Origin: Macrostomum lignano
Lineage: Eukaryota
Reading direction: 5' to 3'
Assembly: GCA_002269645.1 (NCBI GenBank)
Contig: NIVC01002216.1
Span: 127,655 to 191,654 of the forward strand
DNA length: 64,000 nt
The translations under genes and the position numbers were made by a program. This document shows, piece after piece, positions 15,139 through 26,736 of this stretch. The notes under the pieces were generated by a model. The model worked only from the letters and a program-made list of their open reading frames with translations. It did not search any database and was not told the DNA's origin. Position 1 is the stretch's first letter. The number at the start of each line of letters is the position of its first letter.

Positions 15139-16296
15139 AGTCTTGACTTACTTGACTCAGCTACAGGGGGCTCCGTGCATCCGGATGCAGCGAGGAGGCG
15201 TTGCCACCCATTTTGCTAACCCCTGGCGACCACGGGCAGCTGGTGATCCGGTGGTGCCGGTGTCCGCAGCGCGGTTCCCTTCCAGGTGGATTGTCGCTTG
15301 CTCGGTAGCCCTCAGGTAGCGGACGAGCTGGCAGAGATTCTCAGGCCTAAAAACGTCGGAGAGGTCTGGGTTTGGGCCGAAGAAGGCCATTGTCACCGCC
15401 CTGATGTCCCTGCGGTTGAGACCAAGCAGGGCCCTGCGCAGGGCGGAGGAAGGACAGGGGACAGCCACGCGAGATTGCCGGCAGTCGGGGGTGTTAGCCC
15501 ACCTCTCCGTGTGCCTTGAAGCCACCCACTGGTTGATTCGAGTAGTGACAACGGCGGTGGGGGCCACGGGCAGGGGACCAGTAAAAGAACCGGTCGAGGC
15601 AGCCTTTGCCAGGCGATCGGCCAGCTCGTTGCCGGGGTGGCCCGAGTGCCCGGGGATCCACCTTAGGGACACCTTGTTAGAGGCGCCTAAGCGGTGAGCT
15701 GCCCGATGCACTCGAGGACTGTATAGTACGCGAGCAGGTTGTGGTGCGCTCAAAGGCGTGGATCGCCGTTTGACTGTCCGAGGGAGGGTAATCTCCTTCC
15801 CCCAGACGCGCTGATTGTACAGCTCCATGGCACAGGAGCTGATGGGGAGAACTTCGTTCTGGAAATCGGTGGAGCAGGTGCCGGTGTGCTGGGAGAAGGT
15901 CGCCACGGTTCTCCCTCCAGACACGATGCAGTAGCCGTAGCCAGAGGCGGAGTTGATTTGGGACCCGTCAGTGAAGCAGTGGATTTCACGGGGTTTCCAG
16001 TTGTCCCTTGCTTCATGACGTGGTGGAATGCTGGTTTTGAATTTGAGCGGAGGGCAGAGCGTGGACGGGACGGCTTGGAGGAGGTCTCTGAGGACCGCGG
16101 GTGATGGTCCAGCCACAGTGGTGGTAACATCGTCCGCATAGCCGAACTTTTGAACCGGGTCCGGATGCGGGCTGCAGAGTAGCTTGTCCACGTAAAAGTT
16201 CCAGAGAATCGGGCTAAGGACTCCACGTTGCCTTTCTGGACCTTCACAGAGCGGGAGGGAGTGTCCCAGGATGAGCGAGATGGCAGTCCGATGGAA
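15139..16296 (-). mobile_element. 5'-truncated, internally deleted non-LTR retrotransposon with RT fragment and RNase H (I/LOA/R1-type group)
   Basis: [22 protein letters not shown], RNase H IHCFTDGS...[19 protein letters not shown]. The 3' end has an AGTCAAGT-type tail. Confidence 0.9.
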
Positions 16297-16535
16297 TCCA
16301 GGTGAGGTCTGGGTCGATTGACCGGAACCAACCCGGATCCACGTGGTCTGGGTTGATTGACCGGAACCAACTCGGATCCAGTTGAGGTCTGGGTTGATTG
16401 ACCGGAACCAATCCGGATCCAGTTGAGGTCTGGGTTGATTGACCGGAACCAACCCGGATCCAGGTGAGGTCTGGGTCGATTGACCGGAAAAAACCCAGAT
16501 CCAGGTGTGGTCTGGGTCGACCGGAACCAACTCGG
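16297..16535. repeat. Related ~40-bp minisatellite variant (GGATCCAGGTGAGGTCTGGGTCGATTGACCGGAACCAACCC), ~6 copies
   Basis: Same core as 14505-15138, on the other side of the LINE. Confidence 0.9.
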
Positions 16536-17142
16536 ATCATCTTCCCCGGATCTTTCGCCGGGAAAAAGTCAAAAGTGCCATGACCCAGAGCTGCACCTGC
16601 TGGAAATTCCCAAACCTCGGACCCGACTCCCTGACATCCAGACAAAACACCCGGGTCAAAGTATTCAGCGGTTGTGCAACCGGTGACCTATTATTTTCAT
16701 CGATTCGTGCACCAGCCGTCTGACTTGATGGCCGAACCGATTGCTGTGCGCCTTAAAATTTTCAAAAATCTGGAGATAATGGAATCCCTCATCATACAGA
16801 TCTAAGCAGCACATTCTCACTTTGGTCAAAGCGTAAGCAACAGAAATCCACATGAAAGCAACAATATATTTATCTATATCAATCTGATCGCATCCATTCA
16901 ACTCAATGCGCAACAAACAGTGCATGGAATGAATCGCATGAGCCAGGGCTTAGAGCTAAAAATGACTGAAACTCAACAGATACTTTCTTGCACAGTATCC
17001 TGCGCGAGTTACTTTAAACGACTATGGAAAACAAGGTTAAATGAAATAAAACTTATGGAGCTTGGAATGACAATTTAAGGAAAGGGGAATTACAAATTGA
17101 GAAAGTCACTTATGAATAAACACAGAAACATTGACACAATTG

Positions 17143-18228
17143 GGAAGAGTGACACACAGGTGGGAAGAGTGACACACAGGTGGAAAGAGTGACACACAGC
17201 TGGGAAGAGTGACACACAGCTGGGAAGAGTGACACACAGGTGGAAAGAGTGACACACAGCTGGGAAGAGTGACACACAGCTGGGAAGAGCTGGGAGTGAC
17301 ACACAGCTGACACACAGCTGGGAAGAGTGACACACAGGTGGAAAGAGTGACACACAAGGTGGGAAGAGTGACACACAGGTGGGAAGAGTGACACACAGGT
17401 GGGAAGAGTGACACACAGGTGGGAAGAGTGACACACAGGTGGGAGAAATGACACACAGGTGGGAGGAGTGACACACAGGTGGGAAGAGTGACACACAGGT
17501 GGGAAGAGTGACACACAGGTGGGAGAAATGACACACAGGTGGGAGGAGTGACACACAGGTGGGAGAAATGACACAGGTGGGAGGAGTGACACACAGGTGG
17601 GAGGAGTGACACACAGGTGGGAGGAGTGACACACAGGTGGGAAGAGTGACACACAGGTGGAAAGAGTGACACACAGCTGGGAAGAGTGACACACAGGTGG
17701 AAAGAGTGACACACAAGGTGGGAAGAGTGACACACAGGTGGGAAGAGTGACACACAGGTGGGAAGAGTGACACACAGGTGGGAAGAGTGACACACAGGTG
17801 GGAGAAATGACACACAGGTGGGAGGAGTGACACACAGGTGGGAAGAGTGACACACAGGTGGGAGAAATGACACAGGTGGGAGGAGTGACACACAGGTGGG
17901 AGGAGTGACACACAGGTGTGAGGAGTGACACACAGGTGGGAAGAGTGACACACAGGTGGAAAGAGTGACACACAGCTGGGAAGAGTGACACACAGGTGGA
18001 AAGAGTGACACACAAGGTGGGAAGAGTGACACACAGGTGGGAGAAATGACACACAGGTGGGAGGAGTGACACACAGGTGGGAAGAGTGACACACAGGTGG
18101 GAAGAGTGACACACAGGTGGGAGAAATGACACACAGGTGGGAGGAGTGACACACAGGTAGGAAGAGTGACACACAAGGTGGAAAGAGTGACACACAGGTA
18201 GGAGGAGTGACACAGGTGGGAAGAGTGG
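17143..18228. repeat. 20-bp minisatellite (GACACACAGGTGGGAAGAGT), ~54 copies with recurring variant blocks
   Basis: Directly visible. Confidence 0.97.
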
Positions 18229-18343
18229 TTTGAAAATACTTACAAATTTCACGCTTCCTATTGCAAGTCTGCAAGCAAGCAGTCTAAAAAAGCAGTTAAA
18301 CAGTCAAAAGTAACGCAAAAATTCTTGAGCCCGACGGCTTCAA

Positions 18344-21300
18344 TCAGCGCTGGTCCGTCGCCGAAGCAGCAGCGGCAGCAGCCGAATCGGTCGCAGACAG
18401 AAGCGGTGCCCGCGAGCACGAAAGCAGCGGGCAGGTCGGCGCCAGAGCGGTGCGCAGGAACTGCAGCAGCTCGCGCTCTTCAGGACTGCCCAGAGACCAC
18501 AGGCTGTGCAGCAGCACCGGCCCGTTGCCCGTCTGCCGGAGCATCTGGGCCAGCCTGCGGGTGGGGGCGGCGGGTGTACATTCGACAGGCGATCGAGGAC
18601 TGCGAGACCTCCCAGATCCTGTTGCTGAGCCAGCCTCCCAGATCTTCAGTTGCTGGGCCAGCCTCCCAGATCCTCAGTTGCTGGGTCAGCCTCTCAGATC
18701 CTCAGTTGCTGAGCCAGCCTCCCAGATCTTGCTGGGCCAGCCTCTCAGATCCTCAGTTGCTGGGCCAGCCTCTCAGATCCTCAGTTGCTGGGCCAGCCTC
18801 CCAGATCTTCAGTTGCTGGGCCAGCCTCCCAGATCCTCAGTTGCTGGGTCAGCCTCTCAGATCCTCAGTTGCTGAGCCAGCCTCCCAGATCTTGCTGGGC
18901 CAGCCTCTCAGATCCTCAGTTGCTGAGCCAGCCTCCCAGATCTTGCTGGGCCAGCCTCTCAGATCCTCAGTTGCTGGGCCAGCCTCTCAGATCCTCAGTT
19001 GCTGGGCCGGCCTCTCAGATCCTTAGTTGCTGGGCCAGCCTCTCAGATCCTCAGTTGCTGGGCCAGCCTCCCAGATCCTCAGTTGCTGGGTCAGCCTCTC
19101 AGATCCTCAGTTGCTGAGCCAGCCTCCCAGATCTTGCTGGGCCAGCCTCTCAGATCCTCAGTTGCTGGGCCAGCCTGCCAGATCCTCAATTGCTGGGCCA
19201 GCCTCTCAGATCCTAAGTTGCAGTGCCAGCCTCCCAGAGTGTCAGTTTCTGGGCCAGCCTCCCAGAGTGTCAGTTTCTGGGCCAGCCTCCCAGAGTGTCA
19301 GTTTCTGGGCCAGCCTCCCAGATCCCCAGTTGCTGGGCCAGCCTCCCAGATCCCCAGCCGCTCACCGGTACAGCGCATAATAGTCGCAGACGGCATCCGC
19401 CAGCAGCCGCTTGGTCGCATTGACATCGCGGCTCGCCCGCAGGCGCAGGTCGAGAATTCGCTGCCGCAGCCTAACCGGGTTCTCGTCGTCAACAGAGTCG
19501 AGCAGAGCGGCTGACCAGGTCTTGGCAAATTCGGTGCAGTCTGGGGGAATTTATAAAGCAGTTCAAGACGACCTGTTAGCTACCTGGCTACTTGACAAAT
19601 TCGTATGGACCTTAAACATAACTCAAAACTTTACTGAACTGATTGGATGCCAGAGCAATGACCAACCCTGATTTGACGCCAGACTCACGCGCAAAATCCA
19701 GCGACACGGAGCGGCCGTTGATGCGCAAGACGGCCGACTGTGGGAAAAATTCTTCCCAAGCAGCTTCAGTCGCATCGGCGCCACCGGCCGAGGCGGCAAC
19801 GGCGCTGGGCGCGTTGTCCATCAGGCGGCACTGGCCGATGAACCGCTCCACTTCTCGACGCCTAGCGAAATCGTCCTCGGTCGCGCATTCCACAGTCAGG
19901 CGGCAGCCGACGGACACCAGGGTGACCAGCTGGGGCAGCACCCCGCGCAGTAGCTTTACCGTGCGCTGCAGAGACGCCACCGTGGCCTCCTCCCAGACGG
20001 CGAAAGCCGCCGATGCTGCCGCCGCGGGGTCGGCAGCGCCGGCAACAAAGCCGGGCACCTGCTCGCGCACATAGTCCAGCAGCTGGTCGTGGAAGCTGAA
20101 TTTGTGGAGACGAAAAGAAGCAATGTATTTAGTATGGCTGGGTCAATGGGTCAAGGGTTGAACAAGAGTGCCTCTGATAGGTTAGGAACTAGTAAGTCAG
20201 GGACTGGTGGGTCAGGACCTGCATAACTTATGGGTCAGGGTCAGGACCTATACAAATGGTGGGTCAGGACCTATACAACTGGTGGGTCAGGACCTGTACA
20301 ACTGGTGGGTCAGGACCTGTACAACTGGTGGGTCAGGACCTGTACAACTGGTGGGTCAGGACCTGTAAAACTGGTGGGTCAGGACCTGTACAACTGGTGG
20401 GTCAGGACCTGTAAAACTGGTGGGTCAGGACCTGTAAAACTGGTGGGTCAGGACCTGTAAAACTGGTGGGTCAGGACCTGTACAACTGGTGGGTCAGGAC
20501 CTGTACAACTGGTGGGTCAGGACCTGTACAACTGGTGGGTCAGGACCTGTACAACTGGTGGGTCAGGACCTGTACAACTGGTGGGTCAGGACCTGTACAA
20601 CTGGTGGGTCAGGACCTGTACAACTGGTGGTTCAGGACCTGTACAACTGGTGGGTCAGGACCTGTACAACTGGTGGGTCAGGACCTGTACAACTGGTGGG
20701 TCAGGACCTGTACAACTGGTGGGTCAGGACCTGTACAACTAGTGGGTCAGGGACTTATACAACTGGTGGGTCAGGACCTGTAGTACAACTGGTGGGTCAG
20801 GGACTTTATAATAGCAGCCCAGTCCTCACGCGTCAAGCTTTTGCAGGCTGGAGTCCAGCAGGCAAACCAGATAGTCGCTGTCGAAGCAGAAGAACACGGC
20901 TAGCTTCTGGCCGCTGCCATCGGGATCTGACCTGGGGCGAATAAATTAATGCACAGTTTTATTCTACTGAGCTCAGCTCAAACTAATCAAAAAGACTCAC
21001 GCGCTCACCAGTCGAGCATGTCTGTTGTGCCAGCCAGAGCCTGCGGGCCTGAGCTGCCCAGTTTGCGACGCACCTGATTGGCCAGGCGCTCAACCAATGG
21101 TGCATCGACTGATGTAGCCAGGCAGTGCAGCTGTGCCACGCCTCCGTCTGGCCTGTTAAAGAGGTGTTTTTAGAATGATAAATCAACATAGAGATTTTGG
21201 TTGCCTAGAAGACCGACATTAGGAAAAAAAGATAAGAAATCAACAAATATTTATACTAGATTAAAAGACCCTTTTTCCAATTTTTAACACATTTCCCAAA

Positions 21301-24300
21301 TTTAGTTCTAAAGCTTAGTCCCGTTTAAAATCATTTTGTAAATCTGCCTTTTTTGAAAATATTTTAAAAGAACAAGTCATGTAATAAGAATTACTAATGA
21401 AATAAGAAAATAAGGTTACTAGAATGAGTTAGAAATTGATTTTTAAAATGACCTTATCAAAAATGGCAAAGTCACTGATTGATCAAGCCATTCATTACCT
21501 TAATTATCATTTAAAATTTTTTCTCACTAAGCATATGCAATTCAAAAAAGATCTAGGCTGCATATTGGTACTTGTTTGAATGTCCTATACAGCATGAAAA
21601 ATTAACTTGAATTTGTTGGACACAGCTTCTAAGATGGTAGGGCATCCCAACCTAAACTTAGTAATACCTTTACTTGAAATTGCCTCTATTGAATCATGTC
21701 CCTAAGAGCCAAAATGCAATTTCAGCCAAGTTTTAGGCTCATACCATGACTTTTAATCTTTGTAAGCTTTTTTTCAGTTTTGAGTTGTCATACAATGTTT
21801 GTAACTGCTTAGGTTTGTCACCTATTATCTGAGTAGCATTTCTTTTATATGACAAGAAGCTACAAGAGTGCCATTTCCGTATCTACTCTGTCAGTTGCAT
21901 GCATTCAAGGATATTCAATTCTGAATTCAGAAGCAATATTTGATTAGATTTGGACTATTAAAAATCAGACAGTAGATTAAAGAGCTTTGGTAAAGTGCCA
22001 AATTTTTAACAATATTCATCTAAGCTAGTTTTACAAAAGTGGCCTAACAGTTTTCAGGAATATTAAATGCTGCAGTATTATCCAATTGTTGATAATAAGT
22101 TAGACTGCTAGGCGGGACATCAGGGCAGTGACCATGGCCCTCTTGGGTCATGGCTGCTTTGCCAGGCATTGTTACCTCCAGGGGAAATCTGCAGTGAGGA
22201 ATGCCCATTTTGCCTCTCCGGTGTCGAGAATGCGGAGCACTTCATCTGTGAATACCCTGCCTTTACTCAGGACAGGCTCACCTACCTCGGCCCAAACCTA
22301 GACCTTTCCAACATTTTCAGGCCCGAGAATCTCTGCCAGCTTGTCTGCTACCTAAGAGCTACTGGGCAAGCAACAATCTACCTCCTGGACTCTCCGGAGG
22401 GGGGCCGCGCTGCGGACGCCGGTGCCACTGGAACTCCTTGCGCGACATCGCAGCAATAGCTGCCTGTGGTCGCCAGGGGTTAGCAAAATGGGCGGCAATG
22501 CCTCCTTGCTGTTTCTGGATGCACGGAGCCCCCTGCAGCTAAGTCAAGTAGACTGCTAGGCTCTAGAGGCCAAGGAACAATTTACTCTTTAACTTTCTAG
22601 AATTATTGCACTGAAACTGGCTGGCAATACCTTAGAAGCATGCAAAGATAAGCTATATGACTTCTTCACTAGTATCATGAACTTGCCACCACTGACATTA
22701 CTATCAGCAATAATGCTACTATTGCAAGATGATTTCAACAATTAGTCAGTAACTAGCACCAACATAGTGCAGTTTGCTTGCATTGCACTAGGTGGCTGCA
22801 CCATTAGTCTAGACAAGGTGCCTTTTAAGATGCTGAAAATCCCAAGAGTCAATATCCTTACTAAAGGGACTATACCCTATAAATGGATAATAGTACACAT
22901 CATGATAATCTTAAAGAAGCTGGGCATTGCATGGAAAGAAAAACATTAACAACTTTCTCATTTCCTATCTTCTAGCATATTTCAAGGTGTCATACTAGCA
23001 CCTTTTCTATTCATATTAGTACTAGAACAGGTGCTAGTACTAGACTGGCTTACCTGAGCTATATACTAGCAATGACTTCTTACTTAAGGTACTATCCAAG
23101 CCAATAACACCTGGAGAAGTATCTCTATGTACTCAGCTATATAGACACACTTATATTGCTATCTTCAAGTTGAAGGTGCTCAATGACTACTAGATAGCTT
23201 GACTAAAGTGGTAATAAGGGTCAGTCTCATACTGATTGCACAAAAGATTGGAGTCTATCATGCTAATAGACCTAACTGCTTTAAGGACATGACCCTACTT
23301 CTATGTTGCCAACATTTTATATACTTTGGTAGAGACTTGCTAGCCATTGCTAGCAATATAAAAAGATGTAAAGTAGCTTATGCTATCTTATGCTCAGTTT
23401 TGTATTATGAAAATGTTGCCTTGAAAAGGGTCATTTACTAATTAATAAGTTTTGATCAACTGTGTAATTTTCTAACTACTTTTAGGAAGAATAATACTAT
23501 ATTTATAAATAAATATATACAGAATAATTATATAAGTAAAAGGCTATTGGTAATAATTTGTTTACCTTCATGTCAGAGGAAAGTTTTTGTTTAAAAAGCA
23601 TACATGCGCAACTTTGTGAATCACCTGGTCATTTCTATTGGCAACACATACATGTAAGTCACTATTGGCTGAGAGTAGTCACATGACTACTATTCCATCC
23701 AATAGCAACTTACATGAGTGTGTTGCCAATAGAAATAGCCAAGTGAATCCCAAGGTTGTATCCAAGCATGCTAAAAAGTAATTTCTTTAAAAAAATTGAA
23801 ATGAGTTTTTTCAATTGCACATTTCTCAAATAATTTCACAAATACAAAAAAGGATCTTTTATTGTCAAAATTTTAAAAAGGTCCTTTATTTTTTAATAGC
23901 AAAAAAGAAGACATTTTTCTAGTATACCATGCTACACTATCCAAACTATGGGACAGTTAGTCCATGGCAATGGTGTAAATTTCCTTGATCAATAAATAAT
24001 TTGTAAGAAATTTTTACCAATTTTTATAACATGAAATTATTTAAATTTTGGAAGTTTTTAATAATTATATAATAACCATATACTAATTATTAATTTTAAT
24101 ACAAACAAAAAAGATTGCTCAATGTTTAAATTCATTTCAATTTGGATAAGAACAAAGCCATTGCAAGTGATTGATTCCAGGAGTAAAATGTAACAATGAA
24201 GTCATAACCACAGCTTTTTTAAGTTAGTTTTTGAGATATGAAAACCGTAAGACCAAGTGTTAATACATAGCACAAGGAATAAAATTGCTTCAGCACATAC

Positions 24301-24830
24301 TATGCAAGTAAAAATATGAAGAATTTTTTTTCTGGCACACATGGTCTACCTTCCTGACTATTAAATATACAAAAGCCTAAGGCGAAGCAAAAAGCCTATT
24401 ATACACAATAAGCAAAATATATTTTTATATAATTATGTCGTTATGATATATTTTTTTAATAAATAAAAGATCCTAAACTAAAGCCAAGTGTTTGTACAGA
24501 CATATAGTATAATTAATTTAAAAGATTTGCAATGAAAATCTAGATAAAATCAAATAAAGATTGTTAAAAAAGTATTTACAGATATGATTAGGCCTGAAAT
24601 TAATAATTTGTCATGAAATTAATACTAGTACAACTGAATAATCAGCCAATAACTCACAAGTGAACTATCACTTTGCTTTCCAGCTGACTTCCACTCGAAG
24701 AGTCTCCGTCAGAATTAGATTCTCTATTGGTTTCAGCTTCTAAAGTTGAATTGTTTACAATGCTTGTAGTTGCACTAGGTCGGGAAACAGTATCATCGAT
24801 ATCTGTCTCTGACTCTGTGGGATGTACTAC
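18344..24830 (-). CDS. C17orf75: Njmu-R1 / C17orf75 homolog; exons ~24814/24830-24658, 21152-21009, 20931-20830, 20095-19689, 19510-19366, 18554-18344; further 5' exon(s) likely near 25.0 kb
   Basis: All five internal junctions are GT-AG and phase-consistent. [25 protein letters not shown] and [54 protein letters not shown] align with the recalled human Njmu-R1 segments EYVVCFLGGSEKGLELFRLELDKYI and NPFLFRQVLENFKLKAIQDTNNLKRFIRQAEMNHYALFKCYMFLKNCGSGDILL. Confidence 0.85.
18608..19358. repeat. 28-bp minisatellite (GCCTCCCAGATCCTCAGTTGCTGGGCCA) filling the last Njmu-R1 intron
   Basis: Directly visible. Confidence 0.97.
20203..20808. repeat. 23-bp minisatellite (GGTGGGTCAGGACCTGTACAACT), ~26 copies, intronic
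   Basis: Directly visible. Confidence 0.97.
22113..22548 (+). mobile_element. 5'-truncated copy of the same RNase H-LINE family, with a 12-bp target-site duplication
   Basis: TAGACTGCTAGG occurs at 22101-22112 and 22549-22560. The sequence aligns with the 15.1-15.4 kb copy (DIRAVTMA...[25 protein letters not shown]) and has the same 3' tail. Confidence 0.92.
22561..23440 (+). pseudogene. Heavily C->T/G->A mutated RTE-type reverse-transcriptase remnant
   Basis: Broken frames still read [21 protein letters not shown] (cf. [18 protein letters not shown]), [28 protein letters not shown] and QHFIYFG...[10 protein letters not shown]. No CpG was seen in 22561-23600. Confidence 0.8.
23609..23758. 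mobile_element. ~150-bp imperfect palindrome (foldback/MITE-like)
   Basis: The arm ATTTCTATTGGCAACACATACATGTAAGT...AGTAGTCA pairs with TGACTACT...ACTTACATGAGTGTGTTGCCAATAGAAAT around a 2-nt centre. Confidence 0.75.
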
Positions 24831-25229
24831 CTGACAACCAAATATGGCAAACATGTTTTCAAAAGTGAGAGGTTTGGTAAGCTATTAAACAATTAAGTCA
24901 CAATGATTCACTAAAGAAATTTACTAAGTCATTATCGATCCATTCATAATCGCACATCTAAGAAACTCACTGCTCAAATTTTCTACTCCAAACTTCGCTA
25001 ATTCGCCATGGATATCTTAGAAAGGTAACTTTTTTAAATTGAACAGATTTTAAAGCCACAAATAAACAAAAGCTTCTATTTTTTGTTAAGCTGTTATCAA
25101 AAGCTTAAAATAAAACAAAGAACTTCAGCCTTTCGTAGTTTTAAGATGACATAATAATGCCTTTAGACGTCCAAGGCATTTATAATGTTCAAGGACGACT
25201 TGGAGGAATTACACCACATGGTGTTATTA

Positions 25230-25593
25230 CTTTCATGTCGCTAGCCGCGTCATACCCCAGATGCGGTTGTAGTAAAATCTAATAGAATATGGTCTAAAAG
25301 TTATGCCCTAAAATATTTCAGCTCATTAAATCACACTGGCTTCATTTCCCAGGCATTTAAATTTTGGATAATAAACAAAAATTTAGGCTCTTAAATTTAG
25401 GCCCACCAGCCCTGCGCCAGCCCACTCAAACAAAAACTTAAATGCCTGGGAAATGAAGCCAGTGTGATTTAATGAGCTGAAATATTTAAGGGCATAACTT
25501 TTAGACCATATTCTATTAGATTTTACTACAACCGCATCTGGGGTATGAGTTTAAAATTTTGACGCGGCTGAGACGCGGCTAGCGACATGAAAG
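25230..25593. mobile_element. MITE/foldback element with ~135-bp terminal inverted repeats and possible TTA target duplication
   Basis: Near-perfect inverted arms (CTTTCATGTCGCTAGCCGCGTC...CCAGGCATTTAA / TTAAATGCCTGG...GACGCGGCTAGCGACATGAAAG). TTA at 25227-25229 and 25594-25596. Confidence 0.8.
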
Positions 25594-26736
25594 TTAGCTT
25601 TTGAAGATCGAAAAGCAAAAAAGATTTGATGTGGTTTTCTATTCTGTTAAGTCATAAAAATCAATGCGTACCTGTACATGTAGCACTGCGCAACGACCAA
25701 AATTTTAAGGTGCCAACTCCGAAAATTGTCGAAGCAGAAAAATGGAGCCGAAAATGCGCTTTACGGATACTTCACTGACCAAATAAAACATTGTGAGCAT
25801 AACATTTTCCTATAAAAAGACGATTTTGCACGAACTTGTGCACTCCTACAGTTACACTAATTGACACCAAACCAAGGAGATCGACGAAGACGAATTGCAT
25901 TCATAAAGAAGTTAAGCTTAGTGTCGGTGAATTTAATTATATTAATCTTTACATGTACATACAGTATACAGTAAATTGTACAACAAGCTTAACGAATACC
26001 TTGTATACGATCAATTTGGAAGTATTTCAGTTAAAGATGTAACCACATTGAGTTGCTAATGGACTGAAACCTCAAAATAGCATCCAGCAAAAATAAAATT
26101 TGTCGTAAACAGTGCGGGTCGAATGATCTGCAGAAGACGATAATTCGTAATTCAAGTGGTCCTAGCTAGAATGCAGTCAGATGAAGCCATATCGTATGGA
26201 TGGTATAAAGTGAGCCCGACGTCACAGCGCTGTGAGTATGTGGCGATCAAAGTCTGATCAAAGACTTAGTTGTGAAACGCGGGTATAAAATGCTATAGTC
26301 ACAAACCAAGATGCTACTTAAGTGCATTGTAGTTGTTTTATTATACATTTAAGCGGTATAAAAATCATTCTACTCTGACTAATACACCAGTCTGGCGTGT
26401 TCTAACATTCCCTGTATGCAGTGTACATATACAGTGGCTGTACACATTGGTAGAGCAACTGTGACAATAAATTTTAGCATTCATCTCTGTGAGTCTTTTT
26501 GACAAATTGTAACCTGGAAAGAAATTTTCACAGCAGACAAATATTGCAGCTGAATTTTCTCTGGCGCAGCAGGTAAACGGATCTAAATTTCGTGAAATCC
26601 TACCTTACATGTGCACATACAAGACGAACCGGGTTCTCTAAAGTTGGACGCATCTGGTTCAGTTTTGCCAAATCAACAAAGAATTGCATTTATCTCCGCG
26701 CTAATTGCGCTTACCAATTCTTACTGGGAGCTTAGG

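Noticed and set aside
17090-18274. Cys/His/Pro-rich 356-394-aa ORFs, and similar ORFs in the 22-, 28-, 23- and 18-bp arrays
   Set aside because: Multi-frame translations of minisatellites with no independent coding evidence.
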